NCBI GenBank assembly: GCA_963838925.1
Contig: CAWISW010000003.1
Coordinates: forward strand, 128,001-192,000
Source: an uncultured Nitrososphaerota archaeon
Lineage (GTDB): Archaea > Thermoproteota > Nitrososphaeria > Nitrososphaerales > Gagatemarchaeaceae
DNA: 64,000 bases
Direction: 5' to 3'
Below the pieces are notes generated by a model. It was not told the DNA's origin, did no database searches, and saw only the letters and a program-made list of their open reading frames with translations. How positions within the stretch are numbered: the first letter of the stretch is position 1; the number at the start of each line of letters is the position of its first letter. Position numbers and translations under genes: made by a program. This document shows, piece after piece, positions 30,234 through 40,016 of the stretch.

Positions 30234-30861
30234 ATGGGGCTCAAGGAATGGATCATCCCACAAGACAAGGTCTTCTACGACCTCCTCGAAAGGGAATCGG
30301 CCAACATCGTAGTCGGGGCCCACAAGCTCGAGCAGGCAATCAGGACCTTCGACAACCTCGAGCGGCGGAGGGCGGAGTTCAAGGACATAGAGCACGCTGG
30401 CGACAAGCTCGTCCGCGAGATCTACGAGAGGATGTCGGAGAGCTTCATCACGCCCATCGACAGGCAGGACATCGCGAAGCTGGCGTCCCTGTACGACGAC
30501 GTGCTCGACCTGAGCTACTCCGTGATCAACAGGATCTTCCTCTTCGAGATCGAGGAGCCCACCCGGGCGATGGTGAGGTTCGCAGAGCTGGTCAGGGAGT
30601 CAGTTGATGAGATCGAGCTCATCTTCGTCTCGATGCGGAGGATGAACAAGGAGGAGATAGACAAGCGCCTCGTGAGGGTGGACTGGCTGGAGGCGGAAGC
30701 GGACTCGCTCCTGAACGACGAGCTCGCCTCGCTCTTCAAGGAAAGGGGACGTCCTCAGGATCCTGAAGCTGAAGGAGGTCTACGAGTACCTGGAGATGGT
30801 GACGGACAAGTGCGCGGACGTGGGCCTTGCCCTCAGGGACATGATGCTGATGCACTCGTAA
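30234..30861 (+). CDS. DUF47/PhoU-like phosphate transport regulator with +1 frameshift at about 30745
   Basis: FITPIDRQD motif; the expected C-terminus DVLRILKLKEVYEYLEMVTDKCADV is in the shifted frame, stop at 30859-30861. Confidence 0.8.
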
Positions 30862-30869
30862 GGGCCGCC

Positions 30870-31862
30870 TTGTCAATCACGCCGCTGGTCCTGGCCGCGA
30901 TGGCCATGGCCTACTCGTTCGACTTCTTCAACGGCCTGCACGACGCCCCGAACTCGATCTCTACCGTCATCTCCACGCGCGTCCTGTCCCCCGGCACGGC
31001 CGTCATGATGGCTGGCTTCTTCAACCTCGTCGCGTTCCTCGTCATCGGGACCGCCGTCGCCCAGACGATAGGGGAGGGGATCGTCAGGCCGGAGGTTTTG
31101 GACGTCCGCGTCATCCTCGCGGCGCTCGTGGGCGCGATCGCCTTGGGGCTGGCCTCTTGGCGGCTCGAACTCCCGACCAGCTCGTCCCACGCGCTCATCG
31201 GAGGGCTTGTCGGCGCCGCGGTCGCGAAGGGGGGATTCGGCTCCCTCCAGGGCCCGGGGCTCGAGGTGGTCGTGCTCTTCATGTTCCTCTCCCCGATCCT
31301 GGGGTTCGTGGGCGCCGCCTCCATAATGGCCCTCGTCGTCAGGGTCTTCGCCAGGCGGCCGCAGAGTGACGTCCACAGGCAGTTCAGGAGGCTGCAGGTC
31401 GTCTCGTCGAGCCTGGTCAGCCTCAGCCACGGCGGAAACGACGGGCAGAAGACGATGGGGATAGTGGCCGCCCTCCTGGTAGCGAGCGGGAACCTGCCCG
31501 GCTTCAGCCTGCCCCTCTGGATCATCCTGTCCGCGCAGCTGACCATCGCGCTGGGCACGGTCTTCGGGGGCTGGGGCGTGGTGAGGACGATAGGGTCGAG
31601 GCTGACCAAGATGGACCCGGTGCGCGGCGTCTCGATAGAGACCTCTGCTGCCGCTGTGATCATCGCCTGCTCCCTGGTCGGAATCCCGGTGAGCACGACC
31701 CACTGCGTCAGCGGCGCCGTGATGGGCTCGGGCGCGACGATGGGCGCCTCGAGGGTGAGATGGAACGTCGCAAGGAGCATCGGCGTCGCGTGGGTGCTCA
31801 CCGTCCCGGTCGCGGCGCTGATAGCGGGGGCCGCCTACCTGCTGACCTCGCCGCTCATGTGA
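30870..31862 (+). CDS. PiT-family inorganic phosphate transporter
   Basis: NGLHDAPNS, PTSSSHALIG, SHGGNDGQK, PVSTTH; TTG start at 30870. Confidence 0.92.
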   Translation: MSITPLVLAAMAMAYSFDFFNGLHDAPNSISTVISTRVLSPGTAVMMAGFFNLVAFLVIGTAVAQTIGEGIVRPEVLDVRVILAALVGAIALGLASWRLELPTSSSHALIGGLVGAAVAKGGFGSLQGPGLEVVVLFMFLSPILGFVGAASIMALVVRVFARRPQSDVHRQFRRLQVVSSSLVSLSHGGNDGQKTMGIVAALLVASGNLPGFSLPLWIILSAQLTIALGTVFGGWGVVRTIGSRLTKMDPVRGVSIETSAAAVIIACSLVGIPVSTTHCVSGAVMGSGATMGASRVRWNVARSIGVAWVLTVPVAALIAGAAYLLTSPLM

Positions 31863-31919
31863 GTGAAAGTGCTCGCGAGCTTAAATCCGCAGCACGCCCG
31901 ACCGACAACCTCCTAGCAA

Positions 31920-33746
31920 ATGAAGTTCTGTCCCAACTGCGGCAAGCGCCTGAGGCTCCTCACGGGGAGGTCTAGTGGCCAGGCGATCTGCCCTAGCTGC
32001 GGCACCCGCGTCGCCGACACCGGGAAGGTCGAGGCGCCCGTCGAGACCGTGAGGACCCCGCTGGTGAAGTCGTTCCCCTACAGCACGATGAGGCCGTACC
32101 AGAGGGACGTCCTGGAGAAGATCGAGTCCGCTATGGGGGCGGGGAAGAAGTTCATCATACTCGAGGCCCCCGTCGGGTTCGGCAAGTCGGCCGTGGCGGC
32201 AGCGGTGTGCCGCAACCTAAAGTCGGCCTACGTCCTCACCTCGACCAAGCAGCTCCAGGACCAGTATTCTTCCGACTTTGGGTTCAACATGGTCATGGGC
32301 AAGTCGAACTTCACGTGCTACGTCCCGACCAGCACGGGGCACTCGGTCAATTGCAGCAGGGGGCGGTGCCAGGCAGACTGGTCGCTCTCGGACTGCCCGC
32401 ACTACCTCTCCTTCGACCAGTACGAGGACCACCTCAAGGGGCTCTGCGACAAGGAGTCAAAGTGCGAGCAGGCCCTGAAGAAGGAGGCAGGCGGGAAGCT
32501 GTGCACCTACTACAAGCAGAAGTGGGACTCGTTCAGGGAGAAGGTCACGGTAGGGAACTATGCGTTCTTCTTCAGCGAGCTGAGGTACACGGAGGATGTC
32601 AGGAAGAGGAGGCTCCTCGTGTGCGACGAGGCCCACGACCTCGAGAGGCAGCTGGTCGGAGCCGCCTCCTTCACTTTCAAGGCCTCCTCGATACGCCAGT
32701 ACCCCTCGGGCGAGGGAAACGAGTTCTCGATTACCTACGAGGAGGGGATGGACGGCCACGCGGAGGACTGGCTCAAGCCCCTCGGGGCCGCGAAGGAGTC
32801 GCTGCAGGGCTTCATGGACGCCCACGACGGGAAGCTCGACTATCAGGACCGGCTCATATCCTGCAGGGGGATGCTCGAGTCGCTTGAGGAGTTCGTGGAC
32901 GGGCTGAAGGCCGCCCCCGAGAACTGGGTCATAAGCGGGATCAGGAAGACGACTGCGATGGACGCATACGGGGGAGGCGCGACTATGGTCGACGAGGTGG
33001 TGTTCCAGCCCCTGGACGTGGCCGCGTACACCTCCCAGCTCTTCGGCACCGCGGAGACGGTGCTCCTGATGTCGGCGACTGTCTTCTCGGAGGAGCTCCT
33101 CTGCAGGACGCTGGGAATCTCGCTGGACAAGGCGCAGTTCGTCAAGGTCGGGGTGTCCACGTTCCCCGTCGAGAACAGGAGGATAGTCGCGATGGACATC
33201 GCCCAACTGAACCGGGCGTCGATGGACGCCTCGCTCGAGAGCATAGCGAAGGCGGTCGACGAGATAATGGACAGGCACGTGAGCGAGAGGGGCGTCATCC
33301 ACACCACCAACTACTCCCAGGTGAACTACATCCTGGAACACGTCTCTGAGCACAACAAGGCGCGGCTCGTGACGACGCAGGGGAGCACGGCCAGGTCGGC
33401 GCTCCTCCACACCCATGGCGCGACAGACGCCTCGGTGCTAATCTCTCCGAGCCTTTACCAGGGGGTCGACCTGAAGGACGACCTCTCGAGGTTCCAGGTC
33501 ATCGTGAAGGTCCCGTACTCCGACCTCTCGGACAGGAGGACGCTGGTGAAGATGAACAGGGAGAGGGGCTGGTACGACTGGCAAACGGCGCTGCGGCTGG
33601 TCCAGACCTACGGCCGGAGCGTGAGAAGCGAGACCGACAGCGCCGTCACGTATGTCCTCGACTCGAACTTTGGGAGTTTCGTGAGGGCGCACAAGGAATT
33701 GTTCCCGGCGTACTTCCTAGAGGCGATGTCTGAGACGGCTGCTTAG
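31920..33746 (+). CDS. XPD/Rad3/DinG-like DNA helicase with N-terminal zinc ribbon
   Basis: APVGFGKS, Cys-rich Fe-S region, DEAH, MSAT, Q.YGRSVR. Confidence 0.9.
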   Translation: MKFCPNCGKRLRLLTGRSSGQAICPSCGTRVADTGKVEAPVETVRTPLVKSFPYSTMRPYQRDVLEKIESAMGAGKKFIILEAPVGFGKSAVAAAVCRNLKSAYVLTSTKQLQDQYSSDFGFNMVMGKSNFTCYVPTSTGHSVNCSRGRCQADWSLSDCPHYLSFDQYEDHLKGLCDKESKCEQALKKEAGGKLCTYYKQKWDSFREKVTVGNYAFFFSELRYTEDVRKRRLLVCDEAHDLERQLVGAASFTFKASSIRQYPSGEGNEFSITYEEGMDGHAEDWLKPLGAAKESLQGFMDAHDGKLDYQDRLISCRGMLESLEEFVDGLKAAPENWVISGIRKTTAMDAYGGGATMVDEVVFQPLDVAAYTSQLFGTAETVLLMSATVFSEELLCRTLGISLDKAQFVKVGVSTFPVENRRIVAMDIAQLNRASMDASLESIAKAVDEIMDRHVSERGVIHTTNYSQVNYILEHVSEHNKARLVTTQGSTARSALLHTHGATDASVLISPSLYQGVDLKDDLSRFQVIVKVPYSDLSDRRTLVKMNRERGWYDWQTALRLVQTYGRSVRSETDSAVTYVLDSNFGSFVRAHKELFPAYFLEAMSETAA

Positions 33747-34096
33747 GCGAGCAGCTGGAGCTCGTCTCGTTGCTGGAAAGCCCTGGCGGGAGCCTGAACC
33801 TCGGGAGCGGGTTCCTCCATGGGCGCGGCGATGTCCTTCAGCACGACCGAGATGGCCGTCGCCTTTACTCCCTTGATGGTCCTGATCTTGTCCCTGAGGA
33901 TCTCCCTAAACTCCTGGCTGTCTGCTGCCGAAATCACAGCGACCACATCGAACTCTCCCGTAACCTCGAAGAGCGCCTCCAGGTTGTCGAGCTTGCTGAG
34001 GGCGCGCTCGACGGCGTCGAGGCCAGATGTCTCCGCAAATATCTGCACCATTGCCGTGAAGCGAGCCAACCTGATTCTCTCTCCGACGGCTCTCAA
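33743..34096 (-). CDS. Lrp/AsnC ligand-binding domain protein (start uncertain)
   Basis: EVTGEFDVV...IR.IKGV..T. Confidence 0.8.
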   Translation of the reverse strand: MRAVGERIRLARFTAMVQIFAETSGLDAVERALSKLDNLEALFEVTGEFDVVAVISAADSQEFREILRDKIRTIKGVKATAISVVLKDIAAPMEEPAPEVQAPARAFQQRDELQLLA

Positions 34097-34201
34097 CCCA
34101 TGATATCGCGTATTACACTGGGCTATCGAAATTGTTTCTCTAGCAGGTCAGGAGCGTTACATCTCGCCGACCTGTGTTTCCGGTCGAGGGGGCTGTCCCA
34201 G

Positions 34202-35257
34202 TTATCTGATTCCCGTGTCAATGGAGACGCTGACGCTGGTGGACTGGCCCGCCACTATGACGAAGCTCTTCGGGAGCGCCGAGTTGCAGCCCATGTAGGT
34301 GCAGCTCGAAAGGTTGAGCGAGTAGGAGCCGGGGGCCAGGGAAGCCTGGACCACTCCCATCACCGCGCATCCGCTGGAGACCCAGCTGATCGGGAGCGTC
34401 GAGACCTGGCCTGAGGAGGAGTTCACCACCGCCTCTATCGAAGCGTAGGGCTGGGGCGCTGGCCCCATCGTCGCGTTTGCGTTGCAGACCGGCATGGTTG
34501 GTCCGATGCTGAAGCTGGCGCCCAGCGTCCCCGTGGTGTATGTCCCGGTGGCGGTCGTGGATGTGCTCGTGCCCGAGCCGATGGTAAAGTGGACCACCAC
34601 TACCGATCCCCACTCATCTCCCGCGGCAACGCTGTAGGTCCCGGGGCTCAGGGGAGTGGTCGACTCGGTGAGGTTGGCCCCCATCGCGTTCACCGTTGTG
34701 GCGGTAACGTTGCCCTGCATCAGAGTGGCGGTCGCGCCAGTTCCGCCCGGAAGGATCACGGCCAAGTCGCTCGAGGGCTGGAAGACATAGCCCGAGATGT
34801 ACCTGATCAGCATAGGGCACGGGACGACGGGCTGGACGCCAAGCGGGGTGGCCTGAGAGACGTTCCCGGCCGTGTACACCCCCCTGTAGACTGCTACCCC
34901 GAACGGATAGATCGTGGTCCCGCACGAGCCGAGCGAGAGGCCGCTAAGCGGCCACTCCGTCGACTTGGATACGTTGTTCGCGGTAGCTAGGGTGTTGAAC
35001 TCGCGCGCGACGATCTGGATCGTCACCTTCGCGCCCGACCCGCCGGTGGATGAAGCGTTCACGGAGAGCTGCAATTGGAGGTTCTCGAGGGAGTTGCCGC
35101 CAGTCCCTATGGATGTCGTCGATTGGGTGGTCGTGCTGGTCGAGGTGCTCGTCACGCTCGTGCTGCTGGTGGCGCCGGATTGCGTGCTGATGAGGAATGC
35201 AGCGGCGATTAGGACTATCACGACGGTTGCCAGGGGGACTGCGAGCTTAGAGTTCAT
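34202..35257 (-). CDS. secreted Ser/Thr-rich surface protein
   Basis: N-terminal TM/signal, Thr/Ser tracts, PG.Y.V.AGDEWG, IGPT.PVC, IDTGIR. Confidence 0.75.
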   Translation of the reverse strand: MNSKLAVPLATVVIVLIAAAFLISTQSGATSSTSVTSTSTSTTTQSTTSIGTGGNSLENLQLQLSVNASSTGGSGAKVTIQIVAREFNTLATANNVSKSTEWPLSGLSLGSCGTTIYPFGVAVYRGVYTAGNVSQATPLGVQPVVPCPMLIRYISGYVFQPSSDLAVILPGGTGATATLMQGNVTATTVNAMGANLTESTTPLSPGTYSVAAGDEWGSVVVVHFTIGSGTSTSTTATGTYTTGTLGASFSIGPTMPVCNANATMGPAPQPYASIEAVVNSSSGQVSTLPISWVSSGCAVMGVVQASLAPGSYSLNLSSCTYMGCNSALPKSFVIVAGQSTSVSVSIDTGIR

Positions 35258-35366
35258 GTGACTTCGGCTTACCTATAGACTGCCGCGTATGTAATTCTAG
35301 ACACTAGAACGGCTGTTTTCCTCCTGGAAACGACCGTGAAACTATGGAAGTCGCACTGGAATTCGA

Positions 35367-36398
35367 CTATGATGTCTGAGCGGTCGGATATTGCTTCCAG
35401 AGCATCCTGAGGAATAGGACGAACGCGATGTCGGGGAGCAAGGACAACGGAAGCGGGATCTCCGAAATCACGCCTATCGCCGCTATGGGCACGACGAGGC
35501 CGAGGGAGAAGGCGATCAGGTTCCTCTCGTTGCCTCTCGAGCCGATGACCCGCAGGACGCCTAGCAGGAAGGCCCCCTGCAGCGCCACCACGATGCAAAA
35601 GTCGGCCGCCGATGGGACCTTCGCTCCCAGGCCAAGGAACTCCGCGAAGAGCACCGAGGTGTAGAACGATGCGCCGATTGCCACCATCGCTCGCGGACCG
35701 AGTCTTGGCAGGTCGCTTGTCGGGTGAATGACACCCGCGGGGACGCGGCGCGCGGCAAGGACGAGGAGGGCCATTGCGACCATGCTCCCCACGAAGACAG
35801 GCCAGCCCATCCAGAATCCGTCGACCCTCGACACGAGCAAGAACAGGAATGTGACGTCGACTCCTAGCACCGCGGCTGCGACGCGGAGGCCGCGCCGAGA
35901 GAGGAGGCTCTCCCCGTTGGTCCTCGGGACCGCCAGGCCCAGGAGCATGATGGGTAGCGAGATGCTGAAGACCATGTGGACGGGGAGGATCCCCGCGACC
36001 CACGCCCAGTTCACCCCGGCCCAGTGGGCGTAGGCGCCGAGCTTGCCGACGGGGTTAGCGACGGGGTTGAAGAGCGTGCTGAGGGCGATCCCCTCCTCCA
36101 GGATGCCGTAGGCGGCCCCGAGCAGGAGGACCAACGCCCACCCCTTCTTCCACCGGACCATTGCCTCGCGCACCAGCAGCACCCCCGGGCCGTAAAGGCC
36201 TAGGTTGGCCGCGACCTGGAAGAGGAACATCGGCGGGTTCAGGACGAGGGCGCTTGTGGGGCTGGAACCGGAGATGTACTCGGGGATGCCGGGCGAGAGC
36301 AGGAGGAGGCAGACGACGGGGTGCCTCTGAAGGAAGGCGAGCACCCCGCGCGCAGAATCCAGGCTCGTCAAGAATGACTCGAAGTCTTCTGCACTCAC
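35367..36398 (-). CDS. polytopic membrane protein
   Basis: PEY.SGS, YG.G.LL.RE, YGILEEG motifs; multiple TM helices. Confidence 0.8.
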   Translation of the reverse strand: MSAEDFESFLTSLDSARGVLAFLQRHPVVCLLLLSPGIPEYISGSSPTSALVLNPPMFLFQVAANLGLYGPGVLLVREAMVRWKKGWALVLLLGAAYGILEEGIALSTLFNPVANPVGKLGAYAHWAGVNWAWVAGILPVHMVFSISLPIMLLGLAVPRTNGESLLSRRGLRVAAAVLGVDVTFLFLLVSRVDGFWMGWPVFVGSMVAMALLVLAARRVPAGVIHPTSDLPRLGPRAMVAIGASFYTSVLFAEFLGLGAKVPSAADFCIVVALQGAFLLGVLRVIGSRGNERNLIAFSLGLVVPIAAIGVISEIPLPLSLLPDIAFVLFLRMLWKQYPTAQTS

Positions 36399-36445
36399 TA
36401 TCTAGATAAATTACCAAAGGTCGCGGCGCAGAAAGCTGAAGATTG

Positions 36446-36451
36446 AAAAAA
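36446..36451 (-). terminator. oligo-T archaeal terminator downstream of the 41-aa peptide gene
   Basis: T6 tract on the minus strand about 20 nt after the stop codon. Confidence 0.45.
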
Positions 36452-36471
36452 GGTTGGGAGCGAGGTTTCGT

Positions 36472-36597
36472 TTACCCCGCGCCCGCGCCACCGGCAATGT
36501 CCGCAAGGGGCGACAAGTGAATTCCAAATGCCGCCGCCACAGCTGCTGCGCCCGCTAATGCCATGCTTCCGTACCTGATCTTCTGATCGAGGGTCAT
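36472..36597 (-). CDS. 41-aa hydrophobic peptide
   Basis: MTLDQKIRYGSMALAGAAAVAAAFGIHLSPLADIAGGAGAG; TTTTATG box about 25-30 nt upstream; T6 tract downstream. Confidence 0.65.
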   Translation of the reverse strand: MTLDQKIRYGSMALAGAAAVAAAFGIHLSPLADIAGGAGAG

Positions 36598-36716
36598 GCG
36601 AGGCTCTAGTATGTCGTGATTTACATAAAAGCTTGAAATTAGTCAAATTATTTTCATGCAAATTCTCGTTCTTGGAGGCTGTAAGAGGAACCGAACTTCC
36701 GAGCCGAGCCTGATTT

Positions 36717-36965
36717 CTATAGATTGAGAAATTGGTGAAGCTCATCCTTGGCAAGCTCCGCGAGACTGGCGTAAGATCTGCTGGAAGCGGTCTGCGACGC
36801 TAATCTTTCTTGCAAGTTCTTGTCCAGTATTAGGAGGAACTTTGGAAGCGTTAGCTTTTCGTGTAATAACTTGTAGTTTAGTGCCTGTTCCCATGGACCG
36901 GTGAACTGAAACTCCGATTCATCATCAAACCGAAGCTTGTGTCTCCCAACTAGTCTAAGCAACAT
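36717..36965 (-). CDS. hypothetical protein
   Basis: 82-aa ORF downstream of the AbrB-like gene. Confidence 0.4.
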   Translation of the reverse strand: MLLRLVGRHKLRFDDESEFQFTGPWEQALNYKLLHEKLTLPKFLLILDKNLQERLASQTASSRSYASLAELAKDELHQFLNL

Positions 36966-36995
36966 CTCGGACGCTCCCTTTGAGTTTGATGGTCA

Positions 36996-37169
36996 TCACT
37001 TTGCTTTCTTTTCCTTGAATGAGGCGGCGTGGCCGATTGCCGATCGCGTGATCTTCCTGATCTCAATCTCCAGCAAATCCCCCTTCTCGATTGCCAGAAC
37101 TTCGCGCAAGTCCTTCGGAATGGCCAATCGCCCCAGTGCCTGAACCTTTCCAGTGAAGGTTATTCCCAA
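36996..37169 (-). CDS. AbrB/MazE/SpoVT-family DNA-binding protein (57 aa)
   Basis: Read manually: (M)GITFTGKVQALGRLAIPKDLREVLAIEKGDLLEIEI... Confidence 0.75.
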   Translation of the reverse strand: MGITFTGKVQALGRLAIPKDLREVLAIEKGDLLEIEIRKITRSAIGHAASFKEKKAK

Positions 37170-37260
37170 TCCAGGCGTAATAGAACAGGACAGTATTTAA
37201 GCATCTCTGCTATATGGATACTGTTTAGCATATAACAAATCTTTAGATCGTAACAGCAAA

Positions 37261-37524
37261 TTGTTTTTGAAGATCTTGCCGCTCAATGAGTTCGAGTCAA
37301 GAGTGCTTCTAGCTCTGCGAGACAAGGCGTTACCCATCATGTCTCTACCAACAATATCAGGGATGAGTGGAAGTGCGGTCTACAATGCAGTGAGAATGCT
37401 CCTCGAGAAAGGTCTAGTGTCCGAGGAGCGCGAAGCGAAATTGCCCCGACGACGTTTCATTTTACTAACCGCCAGCGGAAGGAAGATAGCCGGATTGCTA
37501 AGTCAGATTGAACAAGAGTTGTAG
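37261..37524 (+). CDS. winged-helix (MarR-like) regulator
   Basis: SAVYNAV..L.EKGLV......PRRR...LT..G. Confidence 0.75.
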   Translation: MFLKILPLNEFESRVLLALRDKALPIMSLPTISGMSGSAVYNAVRMLLEKGLVSEEREAKLPRRRFILLTASGRKIAGLLSQIEQEL

Positions 37525-37578
37525 TTTCGGAAACGTTCAATAGTATCAAGAATACTACTACGATCTGCAAGGAATTCG

Positions 37579-38079
37579 TTGAAGCTAAAAACTTGGTCTT
37601 ACAGATTCGCAGAAGAGGTCATCAATAGTAAGCTAAGTCTCAAGAAGGAAATAGAAGAAACCCTAACTGACAAGTCAATTGATTCCGCGACGCTTACGCG
37701 ACCAGGCTTCAATTCGGCACTTCGTCAGAGGTTCGTGAGTAAAGGATGGAAGGACCAACCATCGGTGTTCGATCTTCCAGATGATCCCGAAGCAAAGATG
37801 GACTTCTTGAAGGACAGAGTTGGAATTGAGGTATGTTTTGGGCACGCTTCTTTCATAGGAATTGACCTCCTGAAATTTCAAGTTGCTTCCTATTCGGGGC
37901 TTGACAAGATCGACCTCGGAGTCTACATAGTTACAACTCGCGAATTTCAGAACCATCTGAGAAAACAATACAGTCTGAATTGGGAGGGATCATTGAATTA
38001 CGAAAAAGTGTGTAAGTATCTACCCCATTTCAAGAGCGCAATTCAGGTACCAATCTGGGTTGTAGGTCTAGAGGCATGA
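37579..38079 (+). CDS. BglII/BstYI-family restriction endonuclease-like protein
   Basis: DFLKDRVGIEVCFG.......D..KF, ID.GV.I, P..V.G. Confidence 0.75.
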   Translation: MKLKTWSYRFAEEVINSKLSLKKEIEETLTDKSIDSATLTRPGFNSALRQRFVSKGWKDQPSVFDLPDDPEAKMDFLKDRVGIEVCFGHASFIGIDLLKFQVASYSGLDKIDLGVYIVTTREFQNHLRKQYSLNWEGSLNYEKVCKYLPHFKSAIQVPIWVVGLEA

Positions 38080-38080
38080 T

Positions 38081-38929
38081 GTGATGGCCGAGCTAATTTT
38101 CGGCGATATATCTGGCGTTTCAGTGGGCAAGATCTTTCCGAACCGAATGTCCCTGTTCAAGGCCGGCGTTCACAAGTCCATCCAAGGCGGAATTTCGGGC
38201 AGACAAGAAGAGGGAGCCGACTCGATTGTAATCTCGGGCGGCTATGAAGATGACGAAGACAATGGAGACGTAATCATCTATACAGGTCATGGTGGAAGAG
38301 ACACTAAGACTGGAAAGCAAGCAGCAGATCAGAGACTGACTCGACAGAATCTAGCTCTTGCAAGGAGCAGAACTCAAGATCTCCCTGTCAGAGTAATTCG
38401 CAAGACATCTATGGGTTTTAGATACGACGGATTGTACAATGTAGAGGATGTGTGGCAGGAAAAAGGAAAGTCCGGATTTATCGTTTATCGGTTCAAGCTC
38501 GTTTCTCAACGTGTTCTCGCCAATGTATTGATGGCGACTGAACTTTCGGTTAAGGTTCCGCCTCGCCGAACCACTACGATATCTCGTATAGTTAGAGACT
38601 CGGAAGCCTCTCGAGGAGTGAAACGCATGTATGATTTCAAATGCCAGGTGTGCAATGTGGTATTGCCCGTTCCGGGAGGATTCTACGCAGAGGGAGCTCA
38701 CGTGAAACCTTTAGGAGTTCCACACAATGGTTCAGACTCGACAGACAATATTCTTTGTTTGTGTCCAAATCATCATGCATTGCTTGATTATGGTGCGTTT
38801 TCGGTATCTGACGACTTCAAACTAATAGGGATAGACGGGAACCTAATCATGAGGCGGCATCATACCATCAACTCGGATAATCTTCAGTATCATCGCAAAC
38901 ACATCCTGCAAATAGGTGATGGGCGTTGA
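38081..38929 (+). CDS. SRA(YDG)-HNH modification-dependent endonuclease
   Basis: FG.I.G..VG..F..R, SIV.SGGYEDDED.GD.IIYTG.GG, RYDGLY; CQVC...AHVKPL...CLCPNHH. Confidence 0.92.
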   Translation: MMAELIFGDISGVSVGKIFPNRMSLFKAGVHKSIQGGISGRQEEGADSIVISGGYEDDEDNGDVIIYTGHGGRDTKTGKQAADQRLTRQNLALARSRTQDLPVRVIRKTSMGFRYDGLYNVEDVWQEKGKSGFIVYRFKLVSQRVLANVLMATELSVKVPPRRTTTISRIVRDSEASRGVKRMYDFKCQVCNVVLPVPGGFYAEGAHVKPLGVPHNGSDSTDNILCLCPNHHALLDYGAFSVSDDFKLIGIDGNLIMRRHHTINSDNLQYHRKHILQIGDGR

Positions 38930-39210
38930 TGAAATACATGGCTGATGAGATGCTTGAAGATTTGCCTGAAGTACTGAAGAAGGCGGGAATTGACTGTCGA
39001 ACCAATTATGAATGGATTGACGGAACTAGATCGAAGAAACGAGTGATAGGCGACCACGAAGTTCGAAGGTTCATTGCAGGGCGTCGGGACCAAGGAGAGG
39101 AGATTACGCTGATAACAAAAGATTACGAGTCTTGGAAGCAAATTGAAGCTGATGGCTTGCCGGTGATCTACGTTCCGAACCTCGTTCGGGATCATATCCT
39201 AGGAAAGTAA
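38926..39210 (+). CDS. small PIN-like (DUF5615/Mut7-C-like) protein
   Basis: MKYMADEML...L...G.D...D..V......LITKD. Confidence 0.65.
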   Translation: MMKYMADEMLEDLPEVLKKAGIDCRTNYEWIDGTRSKKRVIGDHEVRRFIAGRRDQGEEITLITKDYESWKQIEADGLPVIYVPNLVRDHILGK

Positions 39211-39260
39211 TTCTGATGCAATTCAAATCTATCACAGAACTCCCAACAAGTGATGCTTGA

Positions 39261-40016
39261 TTGACTGATAACGCAGTCTTTCTAAGGCATCCCAAGGGTT
39301 TTTGGGATTCGAAAGTACGAAAGTACTACGTAGACAAACGACTCGGGGGAAGCGCCCTGATGGCAAGGATTCAAACAAGAATTGACGCCAAATTGGATGA
39401 GATTTACTCAGAAAAGGACAAACTGGCAGACGCAGAATTTTGGGAAAGTGCGCAGGCGGAGAAATGGAACAACATTCTAATGGACTTTGGAGAGTCATGT
39501 TCGAGTTGGTACCTCGAGACCGATAAGAAGGTGGTCTTCGTCGTGGTGAGATGGGCGATCTTTCCTCTAAAGGTTCTGACAGGCATTGATTTGGTGGGTT
39601 ACTGTGTAGAAACTAAGACTGCTTACGTTGCGGAATCGAAATGTACGGGTTGGAAAAATGTTTCCAAGCCATTAACTGATATGACAGAACAGCTGTCGTA
39701 TGAGAAGCTCGAACTTCAGCTAAACGATCCTCTTAGCGGGTATGGATCATTTGGTTGGCTGGCAGGAGCGCTGTTGGAAGCGGGACGAATTTCGGAGGAA
39801 GACGTTAGCAACATAACAGATAGACCCAACCTGATTCGATGCGGGTTTCTATTTCATCCTAGAAGAGAAACGCCCGTTCAATACGACGAAGCTATTTCGA
39901 AATTGGTCTTGGACTCCCTTCCGATAGAGTTCACAGACAATGACTTGGAGGATTTCAACTCTGAAATCGCATCATTTGTTGATGCTTTGAAATCTCTTGG
40001 CTCAAGAGTGAGCTAG
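39261..40016 (+). CDS. PD-(D/E)xK nuclease, Hachiman HamA-like
   Basis: DFGE...GID.......AESK motif; abuts the helicase gene. Confidence 0.6.
   Translation: MTDNAVFLRHPKGFWDSKVRKYYVDKRLGGSALMARIQTRIDAKLDEIYSEKDKLADAEFWESAQAEKWNNILMDFGESCSSWYLETDKKVVFVVVRWAIFPLKVLTGIDLVGYCVETKTAYVAESKCTGWKNVSKPLTDMTEQLSYEKLELQLNDPLSGYGSFGWLAGALLEAGRISEEDVSNITDRPNLIRCGFLFHPRRETPVQYDEAISKLVLDSLPIEFTDNDLEDFNSEIASFVDALKSLGSRVS

Noticed and set aside
30234-31862. 542-aa DUF47-PiT fusion protein
   Set aside because: The linker is the out-of-frame DUF47 C-terminus. One extra G explains it, and the two genes have their own stop and start.
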